Source of the DNA: an uncultured bacterium
Lineage (GTDB): Bacteria > Patescibacteriota > Minisyncoccia > Phycocordibacterales > CAIJYI01
Direction: 5' to 3'
Assembly (NCBI GenBank): GCA_903824855.1
Contig: CAIJYI010000022.1
Span: 1-58,123, forward strand
Length of the DNA stretch: 58,123 nt
The position numbers and the translations under genes were made by a program. The notes below the pieces were generated by a model that did not search any database, had not been told where the DNA came from, and was given only the letters and a program-made list of their open reading frames with translations. Below, piece after piece: positions 52,068 through 58,123 of the stretch (position 1 is the first letter of the stretch; each line of letters opens with the position of its first letter).

Positions 52068-52149
52068 TGCCCAGGAGAGGACTCGAACCTCCAAGGATTG
52101 CTCCACTAGTTCCTAAGACTAGCGCGTATACCAATTCCGCCACCTGGGC
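52068..52149 (-). tRNA. tRNA-Leu (anticodon TAG), long variable arm, no encoded CCA end
   Basis: gcccagg/cctgggc acceptor, anticodon loop ctTAGga, long variable arm, T-loop ttcgagt; 82 nt. Confidence 0.9.
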
Positions 52150-52197
52150 TTTAACTTGATGACACTATAACATAGTTTTTCATTTTCTGCATTTAAT

Positions 52198-52226
52198 TTG
52201 ACATATTTCGCCCTATTCATTAGTAT
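52198..52226 (+). promoter_or_regulatory. Transketolase promoter TTGACA-17-TAGTAT
   Basis: TTGACA at 52198-203, TAGTAT at 52221-26; SD aaggggg before ATG 52276. Confidence 0.65.
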
Positions 52227-52275
52227 GAATTTACTGTAGTTCATTGAAATCAAACAATTATAAAGGGGGTTCCGA

Positions 52276-54552
52276 ATGACAGAAAAAACCGAAAAAGCTG
52301 TAGAATTTAATGTTGGTAAAGTATATGAATATATACCTTATTGGCGCATGATAAACTCATGTGGTGGAAGTCAAAAAGGAAGTTATCTTAATTTGAGAGG
52401 ACACGATAATCTGCCTCCACTCGACGGAATAGATGAACAAAAAATTGCCGAGCTTTGTAGAATTGTTCGGGGTCTTATTTTTACCATGGTAGACGTTTCA
52501 AAATCGGGACATCCCGGCGGATCGTCTTCTAAGGTAGAACAATTAGTTACTCTTTTGTGTTCAGAATCATTTCGCTTTGATGCGGAACATCCAAAAAATC
52601 CCGGACGTGACCGTTTAGTATGGTCAGCCGGTCATTGTTCCCCATTGGCACATTCATTGAACGCTTTGATTAAAGAAATCCTGCGATTGGAAGGAATTAA
52701 TCTTTCTGATGAAGAATTGAAATATTATTTTTCTCTTGAAGATTTGCTAAAATTCCGTACCTTCGGCGGTCCATCAGGGCACGTTGAATCCCATTATGCA
52801 CTTGAAGACGCATCAACCGGTTCATCCGGTCATGGTCTTTCTGCAGGCTTGGGATATGCAACACTCCATAAAACGAGTGGCCTACCAACAAAAGTTTTTG
52901 TTGTTATGGGTGACGCTGAAACAGAAGAAGGAATGGTTCATGAAGCACGCAACGTTGCGATTGCTTCCGGAATTTCAAACCTTGTTGTTCTATTGGATAA
53001 TAATGGATTTGGTATTGATGGTCACATAGGTGAAGCGATACCGAGTGAATTAGTCGATGATTGGAGAAAATGGAACGTCATAGAAGTCGACGGTCACAAC
53101 ATTCGTGAATTGGCATATGCTTATAAAATCGCGGCATTAAAAACCGATAAACCAACCGTTATTATTTCCCACACAACGAAGGGAAAATTCTACGGAAAAT
53201 TGGAAAATACATCTGATTCACATGGTACCCCACTTTCACACGATGAATATGTTGAAGCGATGAAAGGTTTAGTACGTGAAAGCGATTTTGATTTCAGAAA
53301 TATGTCTGAGATTAAGACGGCCATATTCTTTAGTGAGGAAAGAAAATATTTCTTGAGACAATTAAAAGTTGCAAAAGAGAAAATTCTTCCCGAAAGCGAA
53401 CTTGTCGCAGAGATGAAAAAAGCTCTCAAAGACAGACCGCTTGTCGACCACACCTCGATTAAACGTCCTGTTGAATTACCTCCGGAACTCCTCTTTAAAG
53501 AAGGCGTTCCCAAAGCAACACGATTTGCAACCGAAGCATTCTTTGAATGGTTGATGAAAAAAACCGGATTCTTCTATATAGGAACCGGCGATCTTTCAAA
53601 ATCAATCCTCACAAGAAAAGCAGAAGATGTTTACGGAATTATTAATCGTGAAAATCCTCTTGGACGCGGTATTCGTTTTGGTATTGCCGAACAAAATATG
53701 GCGATGATGTCGGTGGCGATGTCGCAAGATGTTCTCCCCGGCGGACTTAAACCGTTTAATGTTTTCGGTTCCTATGGCGTGTTTACCTCAATGATGGCAA
53801 ACTCTGTTCGTATGGGACTTGTCAATAATGCAATGAATCCTGAAGCAAAAAGTTGTTTCTGTATGCTCGCTGCTCATGACGGACCTGAAACAGGTGAAGA
53901 CGGACCGACTCATCACGGACTTTTCTGGATGTCGCTCTTTATGGCATATCCCGGAATCAAGGTGTACAAACCGCTTGATGCGAACGAAGCCGTGGAAATG
54001 TTATTCCTCGCAATAGAACGCAACGAACCGTTTGTCATGTCTGTCGCTCGTCCGAATACTCCTGTGTTTGAACGAAATGAAATAACAAAAGTTCCACCTG
54101 CGCGCGAAGCATGCAATGGCGCTTATGTATTCAAGAATTATTCATTAAACGAAAAAGTCAAACTTCCGATTGTTGTAGCGGGCGGACAAATGGTCGCTAA
54201 CCTTTTGAAAGCGTTGCCACAGATTGAGGAACAATATGATGTTAAAATCATTGCCGTTACCTCACCGGAATTGTTTAATGAACTTCGCGAAAGTGACCCA
54301 AAGAAAGCACTAATGATATTCAGCGAATATGACAGACACAATGCCATTACGCTCCATAACGGTTGGACCGGATTTCTCGACTCGTTTATTTTGCCGACGA
54401 ATTATAAGATGCGTGCACTCGGCATAACAAAGTTTCTCCAGTCAGGCAGACCTGAAGAAGTTTATCTTCAAGCTGAATTTGATTCGAACGGAATCGCGGA
54501 GAAAATAATTAAATCAGCAAAAGTCGACAAATGGTCGCCGATTGCTTCATAG
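52276..54552 (+). CDS. tkt: Transketolase-family TPP enzyme (long form)
   Basis: 758 aa; SGHPGGSSS, GDAETEEG (TPP binding), pyrimidine-binding and C-terminal domains. Confidence 0.8.
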   Translation: MTEKTEKAVEFNVGKVYEYIPYWRMINSCGGSQKGSYLNLRGHDNLPPLDGIDEQKIAELCRIVRGLIFTMVDVSKSGHPGGSSSKVEQLVTLLCSESFRFDAEHPKNPGRDRLVWSAGHCSPLAHSLNALIKEILRLEGINLSDEELKYYFSLEDLLKFRTFGGPSGHVESHYALEDASTGSSGHGLSAGLGYATLHKTSGLPTKVFVVMGDAETEEGMVHEARNVAIASGISNLVVLLDNNGFGIDGHIGEAIPSELVDDWRKWNVIEVDGHNIRELAYAYKIAALKTDKPTVIISHTTKGKFYGKLENTSDSHGTPLSHDEYVEAMKGLVRESDFDFRNMSEIKTAIFFSEERKYFLRQLKVAKEKILPESELVAEMKKALKDRPLVDHTSIKRPVELPPELLFKEGVPKATRFATEAFFEWLMKKTGFFYIGTGDLSKSILTRKAEDVYGIINRENPLGRGIRFGIAEQNMAMMSVAMSQDVLPGGLKPFNVFGSYGVFTSMMANSVRMGLVNNAMNPEAKSCFCMLAAHDGPETGEDGPTHHGLFWMSLFMAYPGIKVYKPLDANEAVEMLFLAIERNEPFVMSVARPNTPVFERNEITKVPPAREACNGAYVFKNYSLNEKVKLPIVVAGGQMVANLLKALPQIEEQYDVKIIAVTSPELFNELRESDPKKALMIFSEYDRHNAITLHNGWTGFLDSFILPTNYKMRALGITKFLQSGRPEEVYLQAEFDSNGIAEKIIKSAKVDKWSPIAS

Positions 54553-54558
54553 TAACAA

Positions 54559-54584
54559 CAAACCCCCTTCACTGGGGGTTTTTA
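54559..54584 (+). terminator. Intrinsic terminator
   Basis: aaccccc...gggggtt followed by a T-run. Confidence 0.85.
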
Positions 54585-54601
54585 TTTACGAATAAAATTT
54601 C

Positions 54602-54630
54602 TTGACACTTTGTTGTTCTTATGATAATCT
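54602..54630 (+). promoter_or_regulatory. Promoter TTGACA-17-(TGa)TAATCT
   Basis: TTGACA at 54602-07, TGa at 54622-24, TAATCT at 54625-30. Confidence 0.6.
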
Positions 54631-54692
54631 ATCAAACGGTAACCAAAGGGTAACCGAAACATAGTTCTTTAAATTTATTGGAGATTAATATA

Positions 54693-54920
54693 GTGATACT
54701 TAAAGTTCAAAAAGATGCTTTTGTTTTACGTCAAAAACTAGAGCAGGAATTACAAAAACTTCGCAGAGTTATCGTTACTGTTGAAGTTGTAGAAAGAGGT
54801 CTTTGTCTACAGCATTTATTAGACGGATACGAAGCGCGAACTCTTCGCGGATATGACTTATCCAATGCGGTAGTAAAAAAACTTGGAGAAGAATTCCCCG
54901 AGTTAATTATAGAAAAATAG
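54693..54920 (+). CDS. 75-aa protein, unknown function
   Basis: GGAG then GTG 54693 (the track uses TTG 54678); own promoter and terminator. Confidence 0.5.
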   Translation: MILKVQKDAFVLRQKLEQELQKLRRVIVTVEVVERGLCLQHLLDGYEARTLRGYDLSNAVVKKLGEEFPELIIEK

Positions 54921-54928
54921 AAGTAATT

Positions 54929-54965
54929 CCGCGAATCGACAAGGAGGTCGCTTTGCGGATTTTTT
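54929..54965 (+). terminator. Intrinsic terminator
   Basis: ccgcgaatcgac / gtcgctttgcgg imperfect 12-bp stem followed by a T-run. Confidence 0.65.
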
Positions 54966-54983
54966 GTAAAAAGGAAGACGTCG

Positions 54984-55106
54984 ATGCATCTAACATTTAT
55001 AATTCTTGCGCTTTTAGTATTTCTGCAAGGTCTGGCTCGATTTATTCGCGCCTTAGGAAAAGAAAAACACTTTGAAAAAAAACTAAAAGATACAGAAAAG
55101 AAATAG
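54984..55106 (+). CDS. 40-aa micro-protein with N-terminal TM (not in ORF track)
   Basis: aggaag 6 nt before ATG 54984; MHLTFIILALLVFLQGLARFIRALGKEKHFEKKLKDTEKK. Confidence 0.4.
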   Translation: MHLTFIILALLVFLQGLARFIRALGKEKHFEKKLKDTEKK

Positions 55107-55110
55107 ACAC

Positions 55111-55147
55111 AAAAAAACCGCACCGATTACTCGGCGCGGTTTTCTTT
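55111..55147. terminator. Bidirectional terminator (micro-ORF / uvrA)
   Basis: aaccgc(a)ccg...cgg(c)gcggtt stem flanked by A7 and a T-rich tract. Confidence 0.75.
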
Positions 55148-55155
55148 ATTAGTGA

Positions 55156-57864
55156 TTACTTTTTGAGAGCTCTTCTTAAATATTTTCCGGTATGCGATGC
55201 AGGATTGTTTGCAACTTCTTCCGGTGTACCCTTCGCGACGATTTCTCCTCCCCCGGTACCCCCTTCCGGTCCGATATCGATAACATAATCGGCGCTTTTT
55301 ATGATATCCATATTATGTTCAATCAAAATTACCGTATGCCCTTTTTTTACCAATTCCTGAACAATTTCAATAAGTTTTTTTACATCTTCGTAATGCAATC
55401 CGATAGTCGGTTCATCGAGCAAGTAAATTGTTTTCTGAATATTAACTCGATACATTTCGGAAGAAATTTTGACGCGTTGGCTTTCTCCGCCGGAAAGAGT
55501 CGTCGCTGATTGTCCGAGTTCAAGATAACCAAGCCCGACTTCATTCAAGGTTTTAATTCTGTCGGAAATTGCAGGGATGTCTTCAAAAAAAGTCATTGCT
55601 TCCTCAACGGTCATACGAAGAACATCGTAAATTGATTTGTTTTTGTATTTTACCTCCAACGTTTCTTTCATGAATCTCTTTCCTTGGCAGACATCACACG
55701 GAACATAAACGGTCGGCAAGAAATGCATTTCAACGGCAATTTCTCCGTTACCCTGACACGTCTCACACCTTCCTCCTTTTACATTAAATGAAAAACGGCT
55801 GGCTTTCCATCCTCGTACGCGTGCTTCGGCTGTTGCGGCGAACATGTCGCGAATATGAGTGAATGCTCCGGTATAGGTCGCAGGATTTGAACGAGGAGTT
55901 CGTCCGATCGGAGACTGGTCTACCATAATAACACGACTCAGTTCATCTGTTCCTGAGAATTCGGAACAATTGTAAATCTGTGCCGTTCTGTATTTGTGTT
56001 CAAGTTTTCCTAATAGGTTCTTGTGAACGATTTCATAGAGGAATGAAGATTTTCCCGATCCTGAAACACCGGTGACGACGACAAATTTATTAAGCGGAAT
56101 ATCCACATTCATATTTTTAATATTGAAAATGTTTCCGTTTCTAATTCGAATGGCGCCTTTATCTTTTGTTCGTCTTTCTTCCGGGACTTCGATAACTTTA
56201 TCTCCACGCAAATAATCAAGCGTTACTGAGCCTGATGTATTTTTCTTCGCCGTTAAGAGTTCTTCCATATCACCGGCAACGACAACATGCCCACCGTGAA
56301 TACCTGCTCCAGGCCCGATATCAACGAGATAATCCGAGGCATAGATAGTATCTTCATCATGTTCAACGACAATAATAGTATTTCCAAGATCCCTTAAATG
56401 AAGAAGTGTTTTTACCAGCCGGTCATTATCGCGAGAATGAAGCCCGATAGTTGGTTCATCGAGTACATACAAAGCACCAACGAGCCCGCTACCAAGTTGA
56501 GAAGCAAGGCGAATACGCTGTGCTTCCCCTCCTGAAAGCGTGTTAGCGCGACGATCAAGAGCGAGATATTCAATACCGACATTCAACATGAATTGCAGGC
56601 GGGAAATAATTTCTCGAAGAAGAACTTCTGATATTTTGGCGTCGCGTTCAGAAAGTTTGAGGTGTGTGAAAAAATGATGCGCATCAGCAATAGAGAGACC
56701 TGCGACTTCAACAATGTTTTTTCTTACCTCAACAACATTAACAATCTCAGTTTCTGCATTAGTTACATTCTTTTTGTTTTTCTTTTTTGATTCTAGTTTT
56801 AATTCGGCAGAATTTTTTTCCGGTAATTCACCGTGAATAAATACATTCAGTGCTTCCGGCCGTAAACGTTTTCCTTCACAGGTATCACAAGGTTCTATTC
56901 CAAATAAAAACTTCGTTCCAAGTCCATTACATTCCGCACACGCGCCGTAAGGTGAATTAAAGGAGAAAAGACGAGGTTCGATTTCGGGATAAGAGAATCC
57001 GTCATTCGGGCAGGAAAATTTTGAAGAGGTAAGGAATTCTTCGGTCGGGTTTTCAGGGTCACCGAAGGAAATAACGACGAGCCCGTCTGATTCTACGAGC
57101 GCTCTTTCTATAGATTCGGCAATTCGTTCAATAAAACCTTTTTTATCTGATTGCATCTCCGCCATGTCCATCTTATCGACAAGAATATCAATATCGTGTT
57201 TTTTAGTTTTGGTGAGAATTATCTGCTCGCGAAGTTTCTTCATTTTTCCGTCGACACGCGCCTCAACATAACCTTTCCCGAGCATATCGTAGAGAAGTTG
57301 ATAGTATTCGCCTTTTCTTCCGCGAATAACCGGGGCAAAAATTGAAATACGGAAAGTGTTAACTTTTACATCAAAAACTTTTTTCTCATGAGAGGTCGTA
57401 TCAATCTTCTCGAGACGTTCCATGACGAGATTTAATATTTCTTCGTTTGAAAGTTTCGTAATGACATCCCCACAGATAAGACAATGAGGTTTTCCGATAC
57501 GAGCATAGAGCACACGAAGATAATCGTATATCTCGGTAATAGTTGCTACCGTCGAGCGAGGATTATTTGAGCGACTTTTTTGGTCAATTGAAATTGCGGG
57601 AGAAAGACCGGTAATCTCATCAACATCGGGTTTTTGAAATTGTCGTAAAAATTGCCTGGCATATGAAGAAAGAGATTCAACATATCGTCTCTGACCTTCC
57701 GCAAAGATAGTATCAAACGCCAACGAGGATTTACCCGACCCTGAGAGTCCGGTGAATGCAATCATTTTATTACGTGGCATCTCAACACTGATGTCCTTCA
57801 GGTTGTGCGTTCTTGCTCCCCGAATGACGATCTTTTCGAGTTGAGAAAATTCTTTTTTTGTCAT
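55156..57864 (-). CDS. uvrA: Excinuclease ABC subunit A
   Basis: 902 aa; two ABC ATPase modules (GLSGSGKSS, GVSGSGKSS), zinc-finger CxxC pairs. Confidence 0.95.
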   Translation of the reverse strand: MTKKEFSQLEKIVIRGARTHNLKDISVEMPRNKMIAFTGLSGSGKSSLAFDTIFAEGQRRYVESLSSYARQFLRQFQKPDVDEITGLSPAISIDQKSRSNNPRSTVATITEIYDYLRVLYARIGKPHCLICGDVITKLSNEEILNLVMERLEKIDTTSHEKKVFDVKVNTFRISIFAPVIRGRKGEYYQLLYDMLGKGYVEARVDGKMKKLREQIILTKTKKHDIDILVDKMDMAEMQSDKKGFIERIAESIERALVESDGLVVISFGDPENPTEEFLTSSKFSCPNDGFSYPEIEPRLFSFNSPYGACAECNGLGTKFLFGIEPCDTCEGKRLRPEALNVFIHGELPEKNSAELKLESKKKNKKNVTNAETEIVNVVEVRKNIVEVAGLSIADAHHFFTHLKLSERDAKISEVLLREIISRLQFMLNVGIEYLALDRRANTLSGGEAQRIRLASQLGSGLVGALYVLDEPTIGLHSRDNDRLVKTLLHLRDLGNTIIVVEHDEDTIYASDYLVDIGPGAGIHGGHVVVAGDMEELLTAKKNTSGSVTLDYLRGDKVIEVPEERRTKDKGAIRIRNGNIFNIKNMNVDIPLNKFVVVTGVSGSGKSSFLYEIVHKNLLGKLEHKYRTAQIYNCSEFSGTDELSRVIMVDQSPIGRTPRSNPATYTGAFTHIRDMFAATAEARVRGWKASRFSFNVKGGRCETCQGNGEIAVEMHFLPTVYVPCDVCQGKRFMKETLEVKYKNKSIYDVLRMTVEEAMTFFEDIPAISDRIKTLNEVGLGYLELGQSATTLSGGESQRVKISSEMYRVNIQKTIYLLDEPTIGLHYEDVKKLIEIVQELVKKGHTVILIEHNMDIIKSADYVIDIGPEGGTGGGEIVAKGTPEEVANNPASHTGKYLRRALKK

Positions 57865-57879
57865 AATTTTGTGACTACC

Positions 57880-57908
57880 ATTATATCACGCATAAAGACA
57901 TTTGGGAA
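57880..57908 (-). promoter_or_regulatory. uvrA promoter TTCCCA-17-(TGa)TATAAT
   Basis: Minus strand: -35 at 57908-03, TGa at 57888-86, TATAAT at 57885-80, 15 nt before ATG; no SD. Confidence 0.55.
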
Positions 57909-57939
57909 GAGACAGAGGTGTGACTCATTATTCCCGTCC

Positions 57940-58066
57940 GTCATTTCGACCGCGACATGGAATCCATGGCGTAGTCACGTGGATTCTGAATCGCACCACA
58001 AGAGTATTTCCATTTTTATAGTCGCTTCACTCCTTAAAAATTAGGTCAGTTCAGAATGACGACGAG
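57940..58066 (-). other. Degenerate/expanded copy C of the tRNA-linked element
   Basis: Minus strand: TTTTTTTGCGCCC as after tRNA-Leu; attctgaa / ttcagaat 8-bp pairing (58057-50 with 57990-83) around a 59-nt insert; GTGACTA (57978-72); CATGTCGC (57959-52). Confidence 0.3.
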
Positions 58067-58070
58067 GGCG

Positions 58071-58097
58071 CAAAAAAATCGCCATCTGGGCGATTTT
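58071..58097 (-). terminator. Intrinsic terminator of the edge RNA gene
   Basis: Minus strand atcgcc-cagat-ggcgat followed by ttttttt; homologous to the tRNA-Leu terminator. Confidence 0.7.
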
Positions 58098-58101
58098 ATT
58101 G

Positions 58102-58123
58102 TGCCGGAGGGGAGACTAGGTCA
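58102..58123 (-). tRNA. 3' end of a stable RNA gene (probably a tRNA), truncated by the window edge
   Basis: ...tgacctagtctcccctccggcA followed by the same CAATAAAATCG trailer as tRNA-Leu; the T-loop position reads ACCTAGT, which is non-canonical. Confidence 0.35.

Noticed and set aside
51884-52159. 91-aa and 61-aa plus-strand ORFs
   Set aside because: They span the tRNA-Lys terminator, both hairpin elements and the reverse complement of tRNA-Leu, so they are not coding.
54731-55123. 130-aa minus-strand ORF
   Set aside because: It is low-complexity (F/S/C-rich), crosses two intrinsic terminators and overlaps better-supported plus-strand units.

Overview
AT-rich, gene-dense bacterial segment with short intergenic regions, many small membrane proteins and trimmed housekeeping enzymes. 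This is most consistent with a small-genome, CPR/Patescibacteria-like organism, which is an inference from gene content only. Recognisable content: a GH15-pgi-ROK sugar-entry module, gdhA, uvrB and uvrA, an orphan hypFCDE operon, an atypical priA, greA, lysS, rpmG (missed by the ORF track), a GatB/YqeY protein, an HTH-MurA fusion, a transglutaminase-like protein and an RlmN-like radical SAM enzyme. Also present: two mreB copies with mreC-mreD-PBP2, holB, frr, rseP, proS, an M23 peptidase, murG-ftsW-mraY, miaA, an S1 protease, tsaD, fmt, hpf and a transketolase. There are four complete tRNAs (Tyr-GTA, Trp-CCA, Lys-CTT, Leu-TAG) plus the 3' end of another stable RNA at the window edge. I saw no CRISPR array, complete IS element or recognisable defence operon. 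The most unusual signal is non-coding. Downstream of the terminator of tRNA-Trp, tRNA-Leu and tRNA-Lys sits a conserved module: a copy of that tRNA's own 5' acceptor strand, a 2-nt spacer (AA after Trp and Leu), a 9-12 bp hairpin with a CTGC loop, and a GTG(A/T)GG flank. The stems show compensatory changes, and a degenerate fourth copy lies at the right edge. Other points: an XRE-HTH::MurA fusion with a palindrome in its own leader, and an AATAGATA / ATCTAT inverted motif bracketing the -35 box of three promoters. Also notable are a terminator-defined antisense sRNA candidate between ftsW and murG, a PriA lacking Walker A/B motifs, a 300-bp in-frame tandem duplication, and at least seven apparently leaderless genes.
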